This document shows, one piece after another, positions 8,536 to 17,883 of a stretch of DNA of 64,000 nucleotides. The number at the start of each line of letters is the position of its first letter. The first letter of the stretch is position 1. This DNA comes from Mayamaea pseudoterrestris (taxonomy: Eukaryota). Both the position numbers and the translations under genes were made by a program. Location of the stretch: positions 1,426,001 to 1,490,000 of the forward strand of contig BROI01000003.1 in assembly GCA_027923505.1 (NCBI GenBank). The letters run 5' to 3'. The notes beneath the pieces are model-generated. The model had not been told where the DNA came from. It saw only the letters and a program-made list of their open reading frames with translations, and did no database searches.

Positions 8536-11196
8536 ATGACAGATCAACTAAGTGCGCATAACGTGAACAGCGATGACGACATTCGATTTTGCGTCACTGG
8601 AAGTGCAGCACACGCTCGTTTGGTGCCATTGCTTCCATCAAATTGGACTGACCACAGCCCATACGCAAGAAGAGAAGACCATTCAACAATTTTAGAAGCA
8701 ACCAATACTCCTAAACTTGAATTTCTATGGGAAAATGCTCCGCGGCATGAAACAAAGCAGCTGCGTGATGATGTGAAAGTGTACTCGCACCTTCCCAATG
8801 GAACGCAAGTATTGGATAGCAAATGGGTGCTAGCCAGGCTGCTTGGAAATGATGCAGTAACAAAGAACAATAATGATCTATTGCTCGCTGTTTTAATGAC
8901 GCATTGCTTCAAGGGAAGGTCTGGCTTTGAAGACTTCTGTCGGGAGATCCGCCTGCTCGAGCCAGCAACTTTTGACTTTAAAGATGAAACGACCAATTTA
9001 GCCGCGACAATAACGCACTTTCGAGATTTAGTAAAAACATACGATGTCCAAGAGACACCTAGAGCATCTTTACCACAGCGTCCATCACTCTGGGTCGTCA
9101 AGGACGCCATGGCCAATGGAGCTGGCGGCATTTGGATTGTTGGACCTGAAAACGCAAGCACTATGCTAGACGACGCCACGTCGCCATTAATCGAAGGACA
9201 TTCCTACATTGCACAGGAATATGCTTGGCCTCCCGTATTGTTCCAGGGACGCAAGTGTCACGTGCGTGTCTACGCCTGCATGGCGAGTGACGGACGAGCT
9301 TTTGTTCACGAGCGTTGCTTTTTGCACGTGGCCAATGAAATCTTTACAGCCAAGGCGAAAGAGTCGGAGACTTGTAGTAATGCAGTTTTTGACGATTCGG
9401 TTCACATTACGAATTGCTGCGCCAACTCGCACGATCCGGCCAAGTTTGCGGGTGAAATCTGCGCCAGCTTGACAGCCAGTGAATGGCGCCACACAAGTTG
9501 CGAGGGCGAACCGCAACAGATTGTTCCACTTCGAGAATTTGCACCATCAATCTACGCGAGTGTCAGGGCGCTGGCTGAGCGAACGTTTCCGTTTTTACAA
9601 GGAGGTCAAGCGAATAATGGTTTTGAATATCTTGGTTTGGATTTCATTCTTTCGTACTCGCGCGATAATTTGCCACTGGCTTACATGCTTGAAGTGAATG
9701 CTCCGCCGTCGCAAGACACTGCCACTGAACTACCTCATGCAGACGATTTGCATGATACGGTCATATGCGACTGGATGTCGCTATGGGTGCTGCCCAAGAT
9801 TACTGGAGCAATGGAAGTTGCTGGAGGCTGGGTTTGCGTCTATCAAGACAATGAAGTGCGATCCGCAAGCATAAACATGCCTCCGTCAAAGGCCGCTCTC
9901 GTTAACAAAATTCGTTGGACAATCTACGAGAGGAAAACTGCAAAGCAGGACTACCAACGCAAAGCCGAGTGGCGGAGGATGACCGAAGACTTGACGTTTG
10001 CGATTCGTAAACACTTTCCATTCTTTAATTCGGTGGACAAGGTGTTTCTGGAGAGTGCTGGGGGCGCACAAGTTCCACACTTGGTCATTGATTCCATGGC
10101 CCAAGCATTGGGGAGTCGTCATCGTGCGTACATTGGAGCGCGAGCGAAGGCTGCCGCATCGGATACAATGTTAAGGATTCTTGGCGCCAGTCCAGACAAA
10201 TTCTCGCTGCACTTTGGTGCCAATGCAACGTCCTTGCTCAGTCGACTGGCTCAGGAGTACGTACGCACTGGCAGGCTGATGAAGGATGATGAGATTGTAA
10301 TTAGCACCGAGAACCATCTGGCCAACATAAAGCCTTGGATCGAAGCTGCTCAAGCTGTCGGGGCGGTTGTGAAGTGGTACCACGTCGTTCCAAGCCAGTC
10401 GCCAGAATCATCGCATTCACGCATAGAAGAAATAATCAATGAGAGAACACGCCTGGTTCTCTTGTGCCATGCGTCAAATATTCTAGGTGAAGTGCGCGAT
10501 ATTTGCGGTCTGAAACAGACGATCAACCGGATGTCCAAGGGAAATGCTGCAGTTGTAGTCGATGGTGTTGCGGCGGTGCCACATATTTTCGCTGACCTGG
10601 ATTCCATGAACGTAGACTGGTATGTCGTCTCTTGCCATAAGATTTTTGGACCACATCTGGGTGCCTTAATTGGTCGAAAGAATATTGCGGGCGGAATGGA
10701 ACTTGAGCTGGGCACAGTAAATTTTGAAGCCTGCGCCGGTATCGCTGGACTGGGTCAATATTTTGCGAAGCTAAGTTGTATAAAAAGTGGCGAAGAAGGC
10801 TTGGATGTTGTTACGCCATCCCTGGATCAGAGTAATGTCAAATTGGCGTATCGCTTAATTTCTCTTGCAGAAGCTCCGATTTCCGAATTGCTGCTTGACT
10901 GGTTATCAAAGTGTTCCAATGTGACGTTACTTCAAAGTGAATGTGCGAGGACAAGCAACAGAATCCCTGTCTTTAGCTTTCGTCATTTGTCGGTATCATC
11001 CAGGAAAATTATTGCCTCATGTGAGGAATGCGGCGTAATCGGGAGGCGTGGAACGTTTTTGTCGTGTAAACTTTTCCAAGATGATTACGCTATTAATGAA
11101 GAGGATGGAGTCGTCCGCCTTTCTCTCGCACACTACTCAGTCCCGGCTGAAATACAGCGTGCAATCAAAGTCTTGGAGGCCATCCCAGGTTGGTAA
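8536..11196 (+). CDS. Fusion: tubulin-tyrosine-ligase-like ATP-grasp domain + class-V PLP-dependent enzyme (cysteine-desulfurase-like)
   Basis: WVVKD..ANGAGGI, AQEY..P.LFQGRKCHVRVY, HITN, FEYLGLDF..MLEVNAPPS (TTL); FLESAGGAQVP, ENHLANIKPW, HASNILG, VVDGVAAVPH, SCHKIFGPHLG (PLP Lys codon 10639-10641); one uninterrupted ORF. Confidence 0.85.
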   Translation: MTDQLSAHNVNSDDDIRFCVTGSAAHARLVPLLPSNWTDHSPYARREDHSTILEATNTPKLEFLWENAPRHETKQLRDDVKVYSHLPNGTQVLDSKWVLARLLGNDAVTKNNNDLLLAVLMTHCFKGRSGFEDFCREIRLLEPATFDFKDETTNLAATITHFRDLVKTYDVQETPRASLPQRPSLWVVKDAMANGAGGIWIVGPENASTMLDDATSPLIEGHSYIAQEYAWPPVLFQGRKCHVRVYACMASDGRAFVHERCFLHVANEIFTAKAKESETCSNAVFDDSVHITNCCANSHDPAKFAGEICASLTASEWRHTSCEGEPQQIVPLREFAPSIYASVRALAERTFPFLQGGQANNGFEYLGLDFILSYSRDNLPLAYMLEVNAPPSQDTATELPHADDLHDTVICDWMSLWVLPKITGAMEVAGGWVCVYQDNEVRSASINMPPSKAALVNKIRWTIYERKTAKQDYQRKAEWRRMTEDLTFAIRKHFPFFNSVDKVFLESAGGAQVPHLVIDSMAQALGSRHRAYIGARAKAAASDTMLRILGASPDKFSLHFGANATSLLSRLAQEYVRTGRLMKDDEIVISTENHLANIKPWIEAAQAVGAVVKWYHVVPSQSPESSHSRIEEIINERTRLVLLCHASNILGEVRDICGLKQTINRMSKGNAAVVVDGVAAVPHIFADLDSMNVDWYVVSCHKIFGPHLGALIGRKNIAGGMELELGTVNFEACAGIAGLGQYFAKLSCIKSGEEGLDVVTPSLDQSNVKLAYRLISLAEAPISELLLDWLSKCSNVTLLQSECARTSNRIPVFSFRHLSVSSRKIIASCEECGVIGRRGTFLSCKLFQDDYAINEEDGVVRLSLAHYSVPAEIQRAIKVLEAIPGW

Positions 11197-11230
11197 AATA
11201 ATCTAAAAATCTCTAAATAGATTTAAGTTA

Positions 11231-14143
11231 CTAGACGACTCTCAGTATTATGTAATAGTTTCCGGCCTCAAACCCTGACTCGACAAGCTCAACATGCGGC
11301 ATGTTGTCAAGCAACTCATCCAATTCCCCTTCTTTGTACATGTGACAATATCGCTGAAAGACTACCAAGCCCTTGCAATCATCAAATTCAGCATTCAAAG
11401 CTTCGCTGCAAACCTGAGCTGTACTTTTGTGATTCAAATCTTGTCTCGTTTCGTCTGACACGCCAACAGCAGCCTTGAGATACTTGGGCTGCGCATTAAA
11501 AGGGACAAAGAGGTCGCTGGCTGCAAATTTCCTACGGCTCTCTTCCTCCTGTGTTCGAGCCCACGCCTGGATGTTGATCAATCCCCCAGGTTTGACAATA
11601 CGTATGAGCTCTTCAATGCACCGTCGTCGCCGGTCTTTGGTCGAAAGGTGGTGCAAGACGGCGATGCAAATAGCTGCGTCAAAACGTTTGCTCTGCAAAG
11701 GTAAATTCATGCAGTCAGCAGCACATACAGCCGGTTGATTATGCAAATGGCGCCGCTCATCATTCATTCTCCTACTTTCCGGTATTCGGGTTTCGTGTTG
11801 GTCCGATAGAAACGCAGTCTTGAGTAATGGTGTGCTGATATCAGTTCCGATCACGTATGATCCTCCTTGCCATATAGCAGGAAAGTACTTGCCATCGCCG
11901 CATCCAACGTCGGCAACAAGTGAGCCTGGTTCCAGCTCTTGCAAAAACCTAGTTGCCCCTGGCCATAGAACTCCTCGACGACCGCGCGTATGATGCCATT
12001 GGGTGGCAATTGCATCATACACTGCGTGGACATGGTCACGTTCACAGGCCGGTGTGCGCAACGGGTCAACTGTCCGATAATCGTCTCCCCAGGTCGGCGG
12101 AAACGAATTAGATTGAACTAAAGGCAACGGCGCTCCATTTTGATCTAATGCCGTGCGAAAAGTAAGGCTGACTCGCACACCTCGCGGATGAACCGTTCCT
12201 TCGTCTACATCGGTTGCCCTCGTGACGATCATGTGCTCCCACTCGTATCTCGCGGGTCCTGACATGAGGACAATCGACCGGCGCGGAAGGTACACCAGCT
12301 TTTTCCTGTCTTGGCCATTGGCGCTGTTAACTTTCCGAAATTCCATAGTGATTCCCGAGTTGAGTGAAAGGCTCAGTAAGCCATCGCCAAATGCCGAAGG
12401 TGTATCAACATGGGAACCGATGCCTTCGCCAGGTCTATACTCATTCACTGTCAACTGGTTCAAGGTCGAATAAATACGTGGGGCATCGTCAGATTCGTAT
12501 TTACCAAAATTGTAGCGCCTTACACGTTCAGTTACACCCGCAAGCAGCCCCCATCCTTCCCCTGCAATGACGCATTCGTCAAGATATGCATCAAGATCTA
12601 CGTGGACATTTGTTTGATCTTTGCAATAGCCAAAATAATGACATACACGTCTCTTTACGGCTCCCCAAAATCTTGTCAAACGTTTCGAAAGGGCAGTCAT
12701 AACAGTACGAAAGTCGAGGTACAGTGAAAGGTCGGTGCTGCTAATATTTCTCTGACTCTCCTCCTCCAAATGCTGCTTTGAATTTGTAGTCAAATTCAGC
12801 ATGGCTGGCATCGCAGGGCAATCTGCTCCAGGTTCGTCTCGGTTGCGCAACACATCAGCCGTTTTGTAATCAAATACGTAGCCATAGTGCTGGACCCGTC
12901 GCTTCAGTGTGCCATTGGCGGACGACGTCGTTTGCGACGGCGCCCATGGCGCATGAGGACCTGCCACGGTGGCCATGAGTGCCGCCTCCTGCGCCTCCGT
13001 AATAAAGTCACGAACAACCATCAAGCCCGGAACGACAACGTGAGCAGTGGTGGAGGTGCAGTCAGGGCGGGTCGTTTCGCGCCTTGGCAAATCTTTTGAC
13101 CGCCACTGTATGGCAACGTAGTCGAGAAAGAGAGCGCCGCTTGGATATTCATCTACTGTTGCACTGCCGTCAGTTGCTTCATTGGCGCCGGCAAGATGAA
13201 GCTTCCACGATACCCGCTGACCCTGCAACGAATGAATTAATGCTTGCGCATCTTCCGCACTCCGCATGCCAGCGTGGCATGAAGTGATGTTGCGATTCTT
13301 GCCACTGCCGCTGGACGGAACAAAGACTTCCGCGCCGCGTTTCGATGAATCATATACATTGACAACGGATCGAATGGCGTCCGCCAAAATGAATCGACTC
13401 TGCTGCACCTTTTGAGGTAATATATTGTCTTGGAACAAGTTACTTATAAAGACAAAGCGCGTTTCTTCCCGCTGTCGCTGCAGCAGAGTTTTATCTTCGC
13501 CAGACCGAGCAATGAGTCTTCGTAATTTTGGCGGTGTTGAACGGGACCAGCTAGGCAGCACCAATGGTTGCTGGGTGATGAGGTTGACTTGAAGTGGCTT
13601 TGAAGAAAATGCCAAACGATCGGCTGGATCAGCAAAGGCCCTTGCCTTCTCCGTAAGTAGTAATGACGCAAATATGTCCGCCGGTACAATTTCCATTCCC
13701 TTTAGTTCCAACATGGCTCGAAAAGCGTGACTTGTGGAAGAATACTCAAGCCTGATTTTGGTAAAGGGCGGCAAGGGGTCCAAGACATGCACTTTGACGG
13801 CTGCGACAGCCAAAGCTTTAAAAAGTGAATTTGACGCTGATTGCTGCATAAAATAGTCGCCGAGAGCTTGCTGTAACGATTCTCGCGTCCAAAAGGAAGA
13901 TTCTTGGGATTGCTGATTGCTGGCTTCGCTGTCATCGGCATCTTTGCGTTTCCCAACTATATCCATCACTGCAGCACCAGTAATCTTGGGCTGGAAGGAG
14001 CCTTGTACATGTAAGTATCCGGGGCCGTCATCGGAAGGCAAGGGTTCATGAGGAAGGACTGTCCGAAACGTTTCTGTTGATAATAGTGGAGCCTCGTCGT
14101 GCGAGCGAGTGGTTTCGGGTGTCTCGACGACGGCTGAATCCAT
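11231..14143 (-). CDS. ALKBH8: tRNA wobble-uridine modification enzyme ALKBH8 (RRM-like + AlkB 2OG-Fe(II) + Trm9-like methyltransferase)
   Basis: RRVQHYGYVFDY, NQLTVNEYRPGEGIGSHVD, ARYEWEH, RVSLTFR (AlkB); ERDHVHAVYDAIA, VADVGCGDGKY, IAVLHHLST, RYCHMY (Trm9). Confidence 0.9.
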   Translation of the reverse strand: MDSAVVETPETTRSHDEAPLLSTETFRTVLPHEPLPSDDGPGYLHVQGSFQPKITGAAVMDIVGKRKDADDSEASNQQSQESSFWTRESLQQALGDYFMQQSASNSLFKALAVAAVKVHVLDPLPPFTKIRLEYSSTSHAFRAMLELKGMEIVPADIFASLLLTEKARAFADPADRLAFSSKPLQVNLITQQPLVLPSWSRSTPPKLRRLIARSGEDKTLLQRQREETRFVFISNLFQDNILPQKVQQSRFILADAIRSVVNVYDSSKRGAEVFVPSSGSGKNRNITSCHAGMRSAEDAQALIHSLQGQRVSWKLHLAGANEATDGSATVDEYPSGALFLDYVAIQWRSKDLPRRETTRPDCTSTTAHVVVPGLMVVRDFITEAQEAALMATVAGPHAPWAPSQTTSSANGTLKRRVQHYGYVFDYKTADVLRNRDEPGADCPAMPAMLNLTTNSKQHLEEESQRNISSTDLSLYLDFRTVMTALSKRLTRFWGAVKRRVCHYFGYCKDQTNVHVDLDAYLDECVIAGEGWGLLAGVTERVRRYNFGKYESDDAPRIYSTLNQLTVNEYRPGEGIGSHVDTPSAFGDGLLSLSLNSGITMEFRKVNSANGQDRKKLVYLPRRSIVLMSGPARYEWEHMIVTRATDVDEGTVHPRGVRVSLTFRTALDQNGAPLPLVQSNSFPPTWGDDYRTVDPLRTPACERDHVHAVYDAIATQWHHTRGRRGVLWPGATRFLQELEPGSLVADVGCGDGKYFPAIWQGGSYVIGTDISTPLLKTAFLSDQHETRIPESRRMNDERRHLHNQPAVCAADCMNLPLQSKRFDAAICIAVLHHLSTKDRRRRCIEELIRIVKPGGLINIQAWARTQEEESRRKFAASDLFVPFNAQPKYLKAAVGVSDETRQDLNHKSTAQVCSEALNAEFDDCKGLVVFQRYCHMYKEGELDELLDNMPHVELVESGFEAGNYYIILRVV

Positions 14144-14456
14144 GGCTGTGCCGCGAACCAGAAAATTATGTCTTTTTCAGCCAATGGGTTCTATATTCAG
14201 CTTTTTAAGCTGTCTGTTGTCCAAAGGATGTGTAAGGTGTTGGCAATGCAAACGTTGACTGTTTTTCCATGGTGATGTTTTGCAAACAAAAACGAACCGA
14301 TCAATGGCCGTCGTTCTGATCATGCTGCGACACCATGACGTTTCAATAAGAATAAGACATCGCCTCACTTTCGCATCGTTCCATCCATCAAAAACATCAA
14401 AAATGAAACCATGGCACAAAGGACTGTCTGCAAAATGACAAAGTAAGAGTTAGAGC

Positions 14457-16369
14457 ATGATTCGAAGTATTCGATCAAGTAAAAGTCACTTTGTAGTCCA
14501 AAGAAATTTCAGAATACAGTCTATCGCCTTTGATCGACGTTCATGTGATGTTCTGCCGACGCTACCCTTCCAGCAGTTACTCGTATGCACACCTTGCAAC
14601 AAGTACATGCGAATATATTCGACGCAGTCAGATCCAAATCCTTTATTCTACAATGGTATACAAACGCATAACAAGGAAGATCTGCCCTCGTTCGAAAACG
14701 TCACAAGTATCAGTGATGGAACACAAGTGTCTTTGAAACGAGCTGGTCTGCTTAAAATGACAGAAATCCAAGCCCGGACTATGGATCCCATCATTAAAGG
14801 CCAAGATGTCATTGCGAGAGCTAGAACAGGAACAGGAAAGGTAAGCGAGAAGTCTAGCCATGTGTCGTGGGAGCAGAAACTACTTTCACTCTTTCATCAG
14901 CTCATGATATTTTCATTCATCATCCATTGCATCAGACCTTGGCTTTTCTAATACCTGCAGTGGAAAGAATACTAAAAGAGCAACAAACCTCGAGTATAAA
15001 TTCACAAGGAGTACAAATGCTAATTGTTTCGCCGACGCGCGAGTTGGCTGAACAGATACATCGCGAAGCTTCACTCTTGACGCAGCAACATGCATCCATC
15101 AACTGCCAAGTCATGTACGGAGGCGTCCCCAAAAGTCACGATGTTCGCCGATTGCAGCAACAAACGCCGTCCATTTTGATTGCAACGCCAGGTCGGTTGC
15201 TTGATCACTTGGAGTCGACAATGTTACGCGACAATTCACCATTCTCCCATCTCATGGCGGAAACACCAATATTAGTGCTGGACGAAATGGATCGACTCTT
15301 GGAAATGGGTTTTTCCAAAGACATTTTGGAAATTATATCCTACTTGCCGGAAACGAAACAAAGACAGACGCTTCTCTTCTCCGCCACCATGCCATTGAAT
15401 GTCAAGGAGATGGTACAAGCATGTGTCAGGTCCGGCGATGATGTCGCAACGATTGATTGCATACTGGACGACGACCCATCCACTCATACCAACGTTTCCA
15501 TCGAGCAAACCTACGTTCTACTACCACCTCATCGAACCGTGTCTGGCATTATCGAACTCATACTCCGATTACGGAGGCAATCATCAAATAAGATCGTTGT
15601 CTTCTTCCCAACGACGGCGCAAGTTGAATACTTTCACCTACTCTTGACGACGCTCGGACATCGAGTTTATCAAATACATTCCAAACTGAACCAGGCTATG
15701 CGGCTATCTGCCAGTGATCAATTTCGTTTCGATAGCGGTGCCAGCGGACCACTGTCACAAAAGCGTGCCGGCGCTGGACCCGTCTTGTTGACAACAGACC
15801 TTTCGGCTCGCGGCGTTGACTATCCCGACGTGACACATGTCGTCCAGATAGGTGCTTCGAACAGTCGAGAGATGTATCTGCATCGACTTGGCCGGACTGG
15901 GCGGGCGGGTAAGGCAGGACAAGGAATATTGGTGTTGACTGATTTGGAGCTGGACTTTTTGCAGCAGGATTTGGCAGGCTTGCGGTTAGAGATGAATCAC
16001 CAATTGCAAGGAATGCTGGAATCATCAACTGCAAATGGCTTGCAGAACGATTTGCTGCGAATACACTATGAGATGCGGACTGGGCAGGCAGATGATTTAA
16101 GCGAGGTTGCTGCCAATGCCTATAGAAGCATTCTGGGTTACTACAGCACTCGACTACGCTCACTCGGCGTACGCTCACCGGAGCTATTGGTGAAATTTGT
16201 TAATGCGTTTGCCAGCCAATCGGGAATGGTCGAACTGCCTGTTGTTTCACAGAAACTAGCACGGCAGTGCGGCTTGCTTGGCAACAGTCGCATTCGGGTC
16301 GATGCACGATGGATACCAGGAAACACTTTTGAAATTGGAGGCAAAGCAATGTCACCGAAGCGTCGCTAA
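14457..16369 (+). CDS. DEAD-box RNA helicase (MSS116-like, probably organellar); intron 14841-14935
   Basis: Splicing restores ARTGTGK|TLAFL; PTRELA, TPGRLLDH, DEMD, FSAT, ARGVDYP, HRLGRTGRAG. Confidence 0.9.
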
Positions 16370-16413
16370 AAACTCATTATTTATATAAAGTCAGTTTTGC
16401 TCTAGCTATGTTT

Positions 16414-17616
16414 TTATTCGTTTGGCAAGTCGATGATCAGTTCCTTTACATCGGACACATCGAGTTCAATCGGATCATATTTCTCGTAAATGCTGGATAC
16501 GTAGTCTGGCATGGGCGTCTTGTGTCCTACAACAATCTCCCAGTCCATACCAAGAAATATTTTCTTCTCAGGTCCACCTCGTGCCTTGTAACCATTAAAG
16601 TACCAAGTCAAATCATCCTTCAAATTCTTGCTTGGCTTGAAGCCCAATTTCTCCTTTGCCATATCTGGGGCGACGTAGAAGTTGGTCATGCGAAAGGGAA
16701 ATGTACCCTTACCAAGCAAATCGTAGTCGTAATGCTCAATCATGACATCATCCTTAGCAATGCCAGCAGCCTCGGCGCACAAGTAGGCGACTTCATCGTA
16801 CGTGTGCAGCTGATCCGTCCCGCAGTTAAACACTCGTTGTTGGATTGCAGCAGCTTCATCGTTCAGTGGGGATGCCAGCAAGGTAGCCACATCCTCCGCA
16901 TTTGTGAGCGAAACCCTTTGAGTGCCATCCTCGGGGATTGGTAATGGCAAGCTTCGAACCAATCGATCAAAGAACCAGTCAATGTAATCGAATTTGTTTG
17001 CCTTTGGTCCGTAAATGTACTGCGGTCGGAAAGTAACAAGCGGAAGACCAATCTCGACGGCATACTGCTCGAACAGGTACTGGCCAGCCGATGCTTTGAC
17101 GGGCGTTGTTTCCGGCATGGGAAATGGTCCATCGGATGAGGGCGTGTAAATGCCTGCCGATGAAACGTAGCAAAATAGTTTCACGTTCCAGTTCTTGGCA
17201 GCGTCACAGACAGCCTTTCCAGCCCCTTGGGCATTCTTGGATGCATTGTCCCAAACGTAGTCGAATCGAGCTTCCGCGCCGCCAACAAGTGATTGCAGCT
17301 TCTCGGCCGTCATTTCGTCGTCTGCCAGTGGCGCCTTGATGATTTTGACGTTTGGCAAATCAGTCGCGTAGCTTTGAAAAGGTTCTGCCGTGTCTTTGCA
17401 CGCTTCATCTTGTAGGATTGTAATGGAGTCAATTTTATCGTTCGTCTCGAGTACCTTGGCAAGTTGATAGCCAAGCTCGCCATGGCCGCCACCTTTGTTT
17501 TGAACGATCAAAGCATTTGCATTCAGTGCCAGCGAAAATCGAGACGTTCCTCGAGGAGAAAATGCAAACGCTGAAGAACCTGACAGTGTAACGAGACTAC
17601 ATAGAAGACTCTTCAT
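16414..17616 (-). CDS. CSP41a: Chloroplast stem-loop-binding protein CSP41a-like (atypical SDR/epimerase fold)
   Basis: SSA-FAF plastid motif; LIVQNKGGGHGELGYQLAK; YVSSAGIY; FRPQYIYG; DWFFDRLVR; FPFRMTNFY. Confidence 0.82.
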   Translation of the reverse strand: MKSLLCSLVTLSGSSAFAFSPRGTSRFSLALNANALIVQNKGGGHGELGYQLAKVLETNDKIDSITILQDEACKDTAEPFQSYATDLPNVKIIKAPLADDEMTAEKLQSLVGGAEARFDYVWDNASKNAQGAGKAVCDAAKNWNVKLFCYVSSAGIYTPSSDGPFPMPETTPVKASAGQYLFEQYAVEIGLPLVTFRPQYIYGPKANKFDYIDWFFDRLVRSLPLPIPEDGTQRVSLTNAEDVATLLASPLNDEAAAIQQRVFNCGTDQLHTYDEVAYLCAEAAGIAKDDVMIEHYDYDLLGKGTFPFRMTNFYVAPDMAKEKLGFKPSKNLKDDLTWYFNGYKARGGPEKKIFLGMDWEIVVGHKTPMPDYVSSIYEKYDPIELDVSDVKELIIDLPNE

Positions 17617-17883
17617 TTTGTATATGCTGGATTAGCAGATGTAACGACGAATGTTTGATTGTGAATTGTGAGATGAATCAAAACGACGGATGACGTGCGC
17701 GGCGCGGCGCGGCGTAAAGAAGGACCCAAGTTGAGTCCCGTTTGACGACAAGTTGAAGTCGATCATCGCGCGCGTGCGACTTTTCGTTTCTCAGCCATGA
17801 CCTCCAGCCGACGAGGAGCGCCACACTACTCATTCAGCTTTCCGGGATCAAAATCTACAGTTGATCAACTAGAAATCAATAGA

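Noticed and set aside
8544..9179. Long antisense or alternative-frame ORFs (also 33772-34278, 50633-51268)
   Set aside because: Shadows of real genes on the opposite strand; no motifs
12590..12725. In-frame intron within ALKBH8
   Set aside because: The obvious GT/AG pair is phase-incompatible and the ORF stays open; needs RNA-seq
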